64,000 nt of DNA from a virus. Shown here in pieces: positions 44,325 through 53,305 of the stretch. The stretch's first letter is position 1. The number at the start of each line of letters is the position of its first letter. The notes beneath the pieces were generated by a model. The model worked only from the letters and a program-made list of their open reading frames with translations, was not told the DNA's origin and searched no databases. The position numbers and the translations under genes were made by a program. The stretch lies in IMG/VR virus record IMGVR_UViG_3300035204_001773, positions 1 to 64,000 of that record; one strand, written 5' to 3'.

Positions 44325-46876
44325 AAAGTTTTATAAAAAGATTTAAAGACCTTGAAGTGCCAGTACACGGAGTAAGACTACCTTCGTTCGATATAGCGAA
44401 CAAACACAAGCGCGACAACGGCTTAAGCGAGTCCGTCGATAACTATGACTTTCTTAGAGGCATGTGTCTACAGGGCTTTAATAACTTGGGGCTAAAGAAG
44501 AACTCCAAGAAATATAAAATGTACGTAGATAGAGTAAAAAAAGAATTAGAAATTTTACAAGAGCTCGAATTTGTTGATTATATTTTATTAGTTTGGACGG
44601 TTGTTAACTTTTGTAAGGAAAAAAATATTCCGACAGGGCTAGGTCGCGGATCGGCGGCTGGTAGCTTAGTATTATTTTTAATTGGAGTTACCGGAATTGA
44701 CCCTATAAGATACGAACTTTACTTCGAGAGATTTATTTCCAAAATTCGAGCCAAGAAACAAGTGATAGATGGTGTTACTTACTTAGACGGCTCTCTAATG
44801 TGTGATGTAGATTTGGATATTTGCTATTACAATAGGGGTGAAGTTATAAAATTTTTAGAAGAAAAATTTGAAGGTAGAACTAGTAAAATTTTAACTCTAA
44901 ACACCCTAAGTACAAAACTTCTCGTCAAAGAGTGTGGCAAAATTATAGCCATGGAATCTGAGGAGAACATGAATAGAGTATCCGCAATGATACCTAAAAC
45001 ATTTGGTCAAGTAAAAGAGTTAAAAGAGTCGTATGAGGAAGTTAAAGAATTTCAAGAGTGGTGCGACAAACATAAAGAGACATATCAAATAGCCCTAAAA
45101 CTAAGGGGCTTAATTAAGAACAAAGGAGTACACCCATCTGCCATTTCTTTATCTTATGACCCCATGATTGAATCTTGCCCGACAGAGCTATCTTCTGATA
45201 AAAATTCTGTTTCTGCATTTGATATGAATTGGGTTTCCCTGTTTAATGTCAAGCTTGATATCCTTGGTTTAAGAAGCGTTTCTGTTGTGCATGATGCGTG
45301 TGAATCAGTTGGTATTGATATTAAAGATATTAATTTAAACGATGAAATCATTTATCAAAATTTATACGATTTAAAAACTCCCCACGGATTATTCCAAATA
45401 GAAGCTGACACTAACTTTAGTGTTTGCAAGAAGGTTAAACCAAAGAACCTAGAAGAATTAAGTGGGGTACTAGCTCTAGCTAGACCGGGGGCCTTAGCTT
45501 TTGCGGATCAATACGCCAACTTCACAAACACTGGAACAATTGAAACCATTCACCCGTTCTTCGATGACATCTTATCTTCTACTGGAGGAGTGGCCCTGTA
45601 TCAAGAACAATTAATGCAAATGGCGCACAAAGTTGGCTTCACATTAGATGAGGCGGAAATTCTTCGCCGCATCGTGGGGAAAAAGAAAATCACAGAAGTT
45701 CGCAAATGGAAGAAGAAAATTAGAGACAAAATCAAAGAGAATAATTTAGATAAAAAGATAGGGGATGTACTGTGGAGTGTGCTAGAAGATTCGGCCAATT
45801 ATTCTTTTAACAAGTCTCACTCTATAGCGTATGCCGCTCTAGCAGCTATCACCACATACTTAAAATTTAAATATCCCCAACAATTCTTCTTAAGTCTTTT
45901 AAAAATGACAAGACATGAGCCAGACCCTATCGCAGAAATCTCTAAGATTCATCAAGAGTTAGACTTGTTTGGTATAAAATTATTGCCTCCCCATATAACG
46001 AAATCAGCATTAGACTTTTCAACAGAGGGGGAAGACATTAGGTTTGGTTTGCTATCCATTAAAGGTATTAGCGATAAGAGCATAGAAAAATTAAATAATT
46101 TTAGAAATAAATACTCAAATAAATTTGAAATTTTTCAAGCAGCCAACGAAGCTAATCTCAATATAGGTACTTTATCCGCCTTAATTCAAGCTGGCGCATT
46201 AGAAGGCTTCAAACAGAGTAGGAGCAAGGTTGTCTTGGAGGCTCAACTTTGGAATATCCTTACTCAAAGAGAAAAGAAATACTGCATGTTATTAGCTGAA
46301 GAAAATGACTACGATTTAATAAAGGTCATGAAAAAGTTAGCTACCTTCAAAGATGACAAAAGTAAGGTGGTAATCAAAGAGTCTAGGATGGCGACAATAA
46401 AGAAGAAATATACTCCTTATGTTAAAATTTACGAACAGAATAGTAGCTCAGAAAGTTTCGCTAATTGGTTTTACGAAAAGAGTCTATTGGGGTACACATA
46501 TAATAAGACATTAAAAAATATTTTTGAAGATAAAAGACCCAATCTTCTCTACATAAGAGATATTCTAAACATAGAAGGAGATAGCAACGTAGCGTTTATA
46601 GGGCAAGTGGAGGATGCGTGGTCAGGAGTTTCCCGCACAGCCAAAAAAACCCCGTATCATAAAATGATAATCTCCGATGAAACAGGGACCACGAAAAGTA
46701 TGATATTCTCATTCAAGAAAGATGAATGCGAGAAAGCAAATGGCTGTCTACCCAAAAAGAAAAGCATCGTAATCGTTACAGGAAAGAAAATGGAAGACGA
46801 CATGGTATTTGCTAATAAAGTTGGAGTGCAAGAAAACAAAATTTATACCAAACTCTCAGAAATTAAAAATCTATGA
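44321..46876 (+). CDS. dnaE: DNA polymerase III alpha, catalytic part lacking PHP
   Basis: GRGSAAGSL, FERF, DVDLD, KLDILGL, RPG, YQEQ, YSFNKSH, IRFGL. Confidence 0.95.
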   Translation: MKSFIKRFKDLEVPVHGVRLPSFDIANKHKRDNGLSESVDNYDFLRGMCLQGFNNLGLKKNSKKYKMYVDRVKKELEILQELEFVDYILLVWTVVNFCKEKNIPTGLGRGSAAGSLVLFLIGVTGIDPIRYELYFERFISKIRAKKQVIDGVTYLDGSLMCDVDLDICYYNRGEVIKFLEEKFEGRTSKILTLNTLSTKLLVKECGKIIAMESEENMNRVSAMIPKTFGQVKELKESYEEVKEFQEWCDKHKETYQIALKLRGLIKNKGVHPSAISLSYDPMIESCPTELSSDKNSVSAFDMNWVSLFNVKLDILGLRSVSVVHDACESVGIDIKDINLNDEIIYQNLYDLKTPHGLFQIEADTNFSVCKKVKPKNLEELSGVLALARPGALAFADQYANFTNTGTIETIHPFFDDILSSTGGVALYQEQLMQMAHKVGFTLDEAEILRRIVGKKKITEVRKWKKKIRDKIKENNLDKKIGDVLWSVLEDSANYSFNKSHSIAYAALAAITTYLKFKYPQQFFLSLLKMTRHEPDPIAEISKIHQELDLFGIKLLPPHITKSALDFSTEGEDIRFGLLSIKGISDKSIEKLNNFRNKYSNKFEIFQAANEANLNIGTLSALIQAGALEGFKQSRSKVVLEAQLWNILTQREKKYCMLLAEENDYDLIKVMKKLATFKDDKSKVVIKESRMATIKKKYTPYVKIYEQNSSSESFANWFYEKSLLGYTYNKTLKNIFEDKRPNLLYIRDILNIEGDSNVAFIGQVEDAWSGVSRTAKKTPYHKMIISDETGTTKSMIFSFKKDECEKANGCLPKKKSIVIVTGKKMEDDMVFANKVGVQENKIYTKLSEIKNL

Positions 46877-47805
46877 AAGCTATAGTTACAGGCGGCTCCG
46901 GATTTATCGGGGGGCACATAGTAGACGAATTAATTAGTAAAAATTACGAAGTGATCGTTATAGATAATGAGTCTTCTCCGTTTCACGATAAATTTTACCA
47001 TAATGATGCTGCGCGATATTACAAGCTAAATATCCTCGACGAAAAAATTGAAGAATTATTTCGTGGCGTAGATCACGTCTTTCATTTAGCTGCAGAATCC
47101 CGCATCCAACCCACTATAGAAAACCCATGTCTTGCGGCGGCGACGAACTACTTAGGAACTTGTAAAATATTAAAATTAAGTTATGAAAACGGAATCGAAA
47201 GAGTATTATATTCATCAACGAGCTCCGCCTATGGGCTCCAGCCTGCTCCCCATACAGAGGATTTAAAAGTGGATTGTTTAAATCCATATTCTTATACCAA
47301 AGTTGCTGGGGAGCAGCTTTGTAAAATGTACCATAAGATGTTTGGCCTAAATACCGTTATCTTTAGGTACTTTAATGTTTATGGCCCTAGAGAACCCGTT
47401 AAAGGTCAGTACGCCCCCGTTGTAGGCAGATTCCTTAAGCAATATAGGTCACATAACAAAATGACAGTAGTAAAACCCGGCACCCAAAGTAGAGATTACA
47501 TACATGTCAGCGATATAGTAAAAGCAAATATATTAGCAGCAGAATGTACGAATAAAGGAGCCTTTGGGCAAGTCTTTAATATAGGCACCGGAAAAACTTG
47601 GAGCGTCCTAGGGTTGGCTGGGATGATAGCGGATCAATCTTTGTTGGACTACGAGTCCATAGAAGAGCATATAGAATGGCTACCCGAAAGACAGGGAGAA
47701 GCCGAAGAGACTCTTGCTCATACTTATAAAGCGGAAACATATTTAAATTTTAGAGCGGAAAAAAAATTAGAAGATTACATAAAAGAAGAGTTGACAAAAC
47801 TATAA
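46873..47805 (+). CDS. NAD-dependent sugar epimerase/dehydratase
   Basis: GGSGFIG, YSYTK (YxxxK), RYFNVYGP, RDYIHV. Confidence 0.92.
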   Translation: MKAIVTGGSGFIGGHIVDELISKNYEVIVIDNESSPFHDKFYHNDAARYYKLNILDEKIEELFRGVDHVFHLAAESRIQPTIENPCLAAATNYLGTCKILKLSYENGIERVLYSSTSSAYGLQPAPHTEDLKVDCLNPYSYTKVAGEQLCKMYHKMFGLNTVIFRYFNVYGPREPVKGQYAPVVGRFLKQYRSHNKMTVVKPGTQSRDYIHVSDIVKANILAAECTNKGAFGQVFNIGTGKTWSVLGLAGMIADQSLLDYESIEEHIEWLPERQGEAEETLAHTYKAETYLNFRAEKKLEDYIKEELTKL

Positions 47806-47829
47806 AAACTATATTATAATAATTATATC

Positions 47830-48408
47830 ATGTTACAATTTTACAAACCAAACGCTAAATGCTCAGGATCGTCTTGCACATTCTCCTTTAAGCATGAAGA
47901 TAAAGCTATGTTCGCCTCCTTAATGAAGCAGCACTCTTGGGACGCTGCGAAGCGCAGGGGGTCTTTCGCGGGTAATAAAAATAATCCTAAAGCCCAAGTA
48001 TCTATTAAATTCAGCCTCACTGAGGCAGCTGGCATCTTAGATAGCATCGACACCAATAGGAGTTTATCAGCTTATCACTCTAACGCAAAGCAGGTAACCA
48101 AAATCAACTTTACTCCTTACGTCCCGAAAGGAAAAGATCAACAACTAGGATTTACCTTATCAGTAAACAAGGAAGCTAAGGAAGACTCAACAGACAAGTC
48201 TGTATTTTTGATTGGATTTAATTTTCACGAAGCACGCCTCTTAAAAGAATATATTATTCATCACCTTGGGCAATGTTTTCAATTAGATTTTGATAATTAT
48301 TCTAATCATAACACTCGCCAAACTGATCAGATAAAAATTAAAGAACACAATTTAGAAAGCAATAGTTTTGCGCCTCTGAACGAGGAGGAGGAAGACGATA
48401 TTTGGTAA
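47830..48408 (+). CDS. Probable ssDNA-binding protein (Whirly/PC4-like)
   Basis: Duplicated beta-beta-beta-alpha pattern (FSLTEA / FNFHEA); acidic aromatic tail EEEEDDIW. Confidence 0.55.
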   Translation: MLQFYKPNAKCSGSSCTFSFKHEDKAMFASLMKQHSWDAAKRRGSFAGNKNNPKAQVSIKFSLTEAAGILDSIDTNRSLSAYHSNAKQVTKINFTPYVPKGKDQQLGFTLSVNKEAKEDSTDKSVFLIGFNFHEARLLKEYIIHHLGQCFQLDFDNYSNHNTRQTDQIKIKEHNLESNSFAPLNEEEEDDIW

Positions 48409-50334
48409 ATGAGAAAGAAGAGAGTTTTATTTCAAACTGACGCAGCATTAGCGAAAACGGGCTTTGGCAGAACCGCCAAGGCTTTGATTACGTACCTGCA
48501 TAGCACGGGCAAATATGATATAACTCATTACTGCTTAGGTATTAATTATAGTCATCCTTCGAGGTATCGCACCCCTTGGAAAACTATAGGGTGCTTGCCC
48601 GATAACCCCGCCATTCAGAAGCAGATAGAACAAGACCCGGGGTACGCTAGGCAGGTTAATTATGGAGCCTATCACTTGGACAAGGTAATGAATGATGTAA
48701 AACCTGACGTATATTTTGCCATTCAAGATATATGGGGCGTTGATTATGCGGTAGACAAATCTTGGTTTAAAGAAACGACGTCCGTGATTTGGACCACGTT
48801 AGATTCTTTACCTATTTTACCCACAGCAATTAACAAAGCCCCCAAGATAGACAACTATTGGATATGGAGCGATTTTGCTACAAAAGCTCTTCACAAGTTG
48901 GGGCACAAACATGTAAAGACAGTGCACGGACCGGTCGAAAGTAAATATTTTAAGAAACTTCCTGACGAAGATAAGGCGCAGCTTCGCATGAGGTGGGAAG
49001 CCTACCTCCCAATGGATGCTTTCGTTGTCGGTTTCGTTTTTAGAAATCAACTTAGGAAATCTGTTCCAAATCTTTTAGAGGGATATTCTCTTTTTAAAAA
49101 GAAGTTGAAAAAAGACAAGCCGACCAGACTACTTCTGCACACATCTTGGAGCGAGGGCTGGGATATAGCCTCTTTAGCTAAAGAATATGATATCCCTCAA
49201 GAGGAAATCCTAACTACATATGTTTGTGAAAATTGCAGACAATACGCAATAGTCCCCTTTCATGGAGAAGGCAAACAGTGCCCTTGGTGTCACTCAGAGA
49301 AGTCTCTTCGGACAACGAATACGGCAGGTGGAGTTTCAGAGCCCCAACTGAACGAGGTGTACAACTTAATGGACGTGTACTGTCACCCATTTACCTCTGG
49401 GGGACAAGAGATTCCCATCCAAGAAGCTAAGCTCGCAGAGCTAATAACTCTAGTAACAAACTACAGCTGCGGAGAGGAAATGTGCGACCCCAAAGCGGCT
49501 TCGCTACCATTAGAATGGTCAGAATACAGAGAACACAATACTCAATTTATCAAAGCATCAACGTGTCCGAAATCAATAGCGAAACAATTGTACAAAGTTT
49601 TCAAAATGAGCCCGGAGAAAAGAGACAAGATGGGGAGTCAAGCTCGCCAGTTTGCGTTAGATGGGTATTCCGCAGAAAAGATAGGCGCTTTCATTGGTAA
49701 TTTTATAGATGAAGCTCCCTATTGTGATTTTGATTTCAGCAAAAAGGAGGAGAAAGAACCATTTGCTACTATTCCAGATGAACCTGATAACGCTAAATGG
49801 GTTTTGTCTTTGTATAATAACATACTTAAGATGAGGCACGTAGACCAAAATGACGAAGGGTTTAAGTATTGGATGTCAGAACTGTCGAAAGGCAAGCCGA
49901 GAGACGGAATACTCCAGTACTTTAGAAAAACTGCGCATCTTGAATCTGCCAAAGGTGTGGAAGATATCTTTAATGATTTTCTATCTGAAGAAGATGAAGG
50001 AAAAAGAATCTTATATGTTATGCCTGAGGCAATTGGCGACATATTTATGTCTACAAGCCTGTTTCGATCCATTAAAGATACTTATCCCGAGCATAATCTA
50101 TACGTAGCCACGAAAGAAGAACACTTGGAGATACTAGATGGAAACGAATATGTTCACAACACGCTACCTTACATGAAAGAAATGGATAATATATTTTTCT
50201 TAGAAGGAAACGGCAAGCACAAAGGTTGGTTCGATATAGCGTTCTTACCATTTGTAAACACTCAAAGACATATAACATATACCCACAACGGTAATGACGT
50301 TGTAACATATGATAATTTAAAATATGAAAACTAA
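48409..50334 (+). CDS. Multidomain GT4 glycosyltransferase with Zn-ribbon insert and GT9-like C-terminus
   Basis: TGFG, RNQLRK, CENC...CPWC, GGQEIPIQEA, EGFKYW, AIGDIF. Confidence 0.8.
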   Translation: MRKKRVLFQTDAALAKTGFGRTAKALITYLHSTGKYDITHYCLGINYSHPSRYRTPWKTIGCLPDNPAIQKQIEQDPGYARQVNYGAYHLDKVMNDVKPDVYFAIQDIWGVDYAVDKSWFKETTSVIWTTLDSLPILPTAINKAPKIDNYWIWSDFATKALHKLGHKHVKTVHGPVESKYFKKLPDEDKAQLRMRWEAYLPMDAFVVGFVFRNQLRKSVPNLLEGYSLFKKKLKKDKPTRLLLHTSWSEGWDIASLAKEYDIPQEEILTTYVCENCRQYAIVPFHGEGKQCPWCHSEKSLRTTNTAGGVSEPQLNEVYNLMDVYCHPFTSGGQEIPIQEAKLAELITLVTNYSCGEEMCDPKAASLPLEWSEYREHNTQFIKASTCPKSIAKQLYKVFKMSPEKRDKMGSQARQFALDGYSAEKIGAFIGNFIDEAPYCDFDFSKKEEKEPFATIPDEPDNAKWVLSLYNNILKMRHVDQNDEGFKYWMSELSKGKPRDGILQYFRKTAHLESAKGVEDIFNDFLSEEDEGKRILYVMPEAIGDIFMSTSLFRSIKDTYPEHNLYVATKEEHLEILDGNEYVHNTLPYMKEMDNIFFLEGNGKHKGWFDIAFLPFVNTQRHITYTHNGNDVVTYDNLKYEN

Positions 50335-51352
50335 AGTATTAATTACAGGCGGCGCGGGATTCATTGGTTCTCACCTAATCGAACACACGCTCCTCACGAC
50401 AGACTGGGACATAGTAGTTCTTGATGGACTTACTTATGCGGGTGACGTAGCAAGAATGACCGACTCAATTTATTACGAACCAGATAGAGTCAACGTCCAT
50501 TGGCATGACTTAAGATCACCAATAGGCAAAGCTTTAAGAGACCGAATTGGTCACATAGATTATATCATCAACATGGCTTCTAATTCTCACGTGGAAAATT
50601 CCTTAGTTGATCCAGTGCCATTCATTCATAGTAATGTAATGCTCGTTTCTCATATGCTTGAATACGCAAGAGATATTAAAGTTAAAAAATTCATACAAGT
50701 TTCAACCGATGAAGTTTATGGCTGTGCACCAGAGGGGTACTCTCATAAAGAATGGGATGTAATTGCCCCGTCTAACCCTTACGCTGGCTCAAAAGCCGCA
50801 CAGGAAGCGATTGCGTACTCTTACTGGCGTTCCTATGGAGTACCCGTAGCAATCACAAACACCATGAACAACTTCGGGGAGCGGCAAGATTGTGAGAAAT
50901 TTGTACCAATGGTTGTAAAAAAATTACTAGCCGGAGAAACGGTTCAAGTTCACGCGGAACCTATCCGTGACAATCTCGGAGCAATTGAAAGCTGGAAATC
51001 GGGAAGTAGAGTGTGGCTCCACGCCCGAAATCATGCAGACGCATTAATATGGATGCTTAAAAATGTAAACTTCAACGATCACCCATATAACGAAAGACTT
51101 ACTAGATTTAACGTGGCTGGAGAAAAGGAAATCGGAAATGATGAAATAGTTAGGATGGTAGCTGAGATATTAGATGTCAAACCTAGATTTGAATATTTAG
51201 ATTTTCATTCCTCTAGACCCGGTCACGACTTAAGGTACAGCCTTGACGGAACGAAACTCAAAGAGGCGGGGTGGAGTGCCCCAATCTCAATAGCAGAAAG
51301 TTTTGAGAAAGCCGTTCTATGGACAGTAGAAAATCAACATTGGCTAGAATAA
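50324..51352 (+). CDS. rfbB: dTDP-glucose 4,6-dehydratase
   Basis: GGAGFIG, LTYAG, SHV, STDEVYG, PYAGSK, RPGHDLRY. Confidence 0.9.
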   Translation: MKTKVLITGGAGFIGSHLIEHTLLTTDWDIVVLDGLTYAGDVARMTDSIYYEPDRVNVHWHDLRSPIGKALRDRIGHIDYIINMASNSHVENSLVDPVPFIHSNVMLVSHMLEYARDIKVKKFIQVSTDEVYGCAPEGYSHKEWDVIAPSNPYAGSKAAQEAIAYSYWRSYGVPVAITNTMNNFGERQDCEKFVPMVVKKLLAGETVQVHAEPIRDNLGAIESWKSGSRVWLHARNHADALIWMLKNVNFNDHPYNERLTRFNVAGEKEIGNDEIVRMVAEILDVKPRFEYLDFHSSRPGHDLRYSLDGTKLKEAGWSAPISIAESFEKAVLWTVENQHWLE

Positions 51353-51353
51353 T

Positions 51354-52535
51354 ATGAACTTAGTAGAAACATACGCAACACACACTGGGCTAAGGATAGA
51401 TAAGCCTTTTATCTTGGAAAAGTATTATCCATTAGATATAGAAAAATATGTGACTCTTCACGTACAAACCAAATCTTATAAATCTTATGACCATTGGCAG
51501 GCGGTAGTCGATCTCATCCTCCCTCTTCTAGAGGAACAAAATATCCACATTGTACAGATAGGTGGGGTTAATGAAAAGAAAATCAAAGGCTGCACGTATC
51601 ATTTACTAGGGTCCACAACCATTAATCAATCTGCATATTTAATTAATAACGCGATGATGCACATTGGGTGCGATAGCTACCCAGCGCATATGGCTGGAGC
51701 ATTTAACAAAAAATCTGTCATTGCCTACCCCAACTGTAACATAGAAAATGTAAGACCCTACTGGGGAAGCGATATGGATTTAGTGCTGCCGCCCAATAAG
51801 GACGGAGTCAAACCCCTTTACGCCTTTGAAGAGTTTCCGAAAACAATAAACACTATACCACCAGAAAGGATAGCTAGATCAATTTGTGATAAATTAAATC
51901 TTGTTTTCGATTTCCCTTATGAGACATTAAAGATCGGGGAGAATTTCCACCTAAAGACCATTGAAGTGGTAACCGACAGGCTTGTTGACCCAGCAGATTT
52001 CGATCTGGATAATTTAATTGTGAGAAACGATATCTGGCCATATGAACAAGGGTTAGCTAATCAATTAAGTGTTTGTAAATGCTCTATTGTAACAGCAACG
52101 CCCATAAGTCCGTCCATAATTCAACGATACGCGGATAGGATTTTAACAATCGTTTACTATATAGACGAGGATGATGATCCGAAGTTTGCCGAATTCCTAG
52201 AGAAGAGCGGCCTAAATTATTCGCTAAGCTCTAGACTTCCCGAAGAAGAATTAAATAAGAAAAAATTAGATTACATTAATTTAGAAAAGGCTGCAATAAT
52301 ACCTTCCCCCATTGTAGATAAAAATGATATAGAAGAAATAAAAGATGTAGATATTGATAAATTATATTATATGTCTGGAAATACCATTCTTTCTAGGTCA
52401 AAAGCTTACGCTAGCAAAGCGGACGTTATTCTTGATGATGAAGTAGAAAATTTCGGTGACGTTAAAAAAGTTAAAGATCATCCAGCGTTTTGGGAGTACG
52501 TAGATAATTATTTACTACTCAAAATGCTTGACTAG
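51354..52535 (+). CDS. GT9-like protein
   Basis: K.YDHW, VQIGG, HIGCDS...H. Confidence 0.7.
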   Translation: MNLVETYATHTGLRIDKPFILEKYYPLDIEKYVTLHVQTKSYKSYDHWQAVVDLILPLLEEQNIHIVQIGGVNEKKIKGCTYHLLGSTTINQSAYLINNAMMHIGCDSYPAHMAGAFNKKSVIAYPNCNIENVRPYWGSDMDLVLPPNKDGVKPLYAFEEFPKTINTIPPERIARSICDKLNLVFDFPYETLKIGENFHLKTIEVVTDRLVDPADFDLDNLIVRNDIWPYEQGLANQLSVCKCSIVTATPISPSIIQRYADRILTIVYYIDEDDDPKFAEFLEKSGLNYSLSSRLPEEELNKKKLDYINLEKAAIIPSPIVDKNDIEEIKDVDIDKLYYMSGNTILSRSKAYASKADVILDDEVENFGDVKKVKDHPAFWEYVDNYLLLKMLD

Positions 52536-52561
52536 TTTTTAAATCTGTGTTATCATTAGGT

Positions 52562-53299
52562 ATGAGCTTGAAAAGAATCTCCAGAGATGAAGATGGGTTA
52601 ATCACTGACCTCGATAATTATATATATACCGACGAAGGTCTTATTGATTGGCGCAAAATGATTGACGCAAAGCACCTCGTCCCGAACAAGCAGAGAACAA
52701 AAGAAAAAGATGTTACCAAGCTAAAAGATTACGAATTAATAATCCTTCTGGGGGGCATAAAAGAATTAGCTCAAATTCGGGGTTACACAGATGTAAAATA
52801 CGAGGTTGTTTCTCCTTCTCCAGATTATGTCGTGGCTACATGCAGCATTACTTGGATTCCCAATTACGAAACAGAAGGGAGAGAGGTAACTTTCTCCGCC
52901 ATAGGAGACGCCACACCGCAAAACACACAAAGCTTCGCTAGATTTTTCTTAGGACCCATTGCGGAGAATAGATCTTTTGTGCGATGCGTTAGAAATTTTC
53001 TCAAAATCAACATTGTCGCTCAAGACGAAATGGGGGACGTGAAACTTGTTACGGATACCCCTTCGGATCAACAAGAAGAATCCTCAGATAACTTAACAGA
53101 CCCCAGATTCGTTTTAGAGAAACTTATGAAAACCAAAGGGATTACCTTTGAGGTTTTAAAAAAGAGATTACAAAAAGAAGTAGAGGACGGAAAGTGGGAA
53201 TATAAAAAAATAGACTCCTTAGACGAGATAACGGATATACCAAAAATCAAAACCTTCGAACTAATAGAACGACTTCAAAAATACAAGGGCAAAAAATAA
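52562..53299 (+). CDS. Rad52/Sak-like ssDNA annealing protein (tentative)
   Basis: ILLGG...LA...GDA....AENRSFVRCVR.FL.I; start reassigned to ATG 52562. Confidence 0.55.
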   Translation: MSLKRISRDEDGLITDLDNYIYTDEGLIDWRKMIDAKHLVPNKQRTKEKDVTKLKDYELIILLGGIKELAQIRGYTDVKYEVVSPSPDYVVATCSITWIPNYETEGREVTFSAIGDATPQNTQSFARFFLGPIAENRSFVRCVRNFLKINIVAQDEMGDVKLVTDTPSDQQEESSDNLTDPRFVLEKLMKTKGITFEVLKKRLQKEVEDGKWEYKKIDSLDEITDIPKIKTFELIERLQKYKGKK

Positions 53300-53305
53300 A
53301 CCGAA

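Noticed and set aside
25227-46876. Introns or inteins in nrdA, nrdB, recA, dnaB, dnaE
   Set aside because: The ORFs are continuous and of ordinary length, with no splice motifs noticed.
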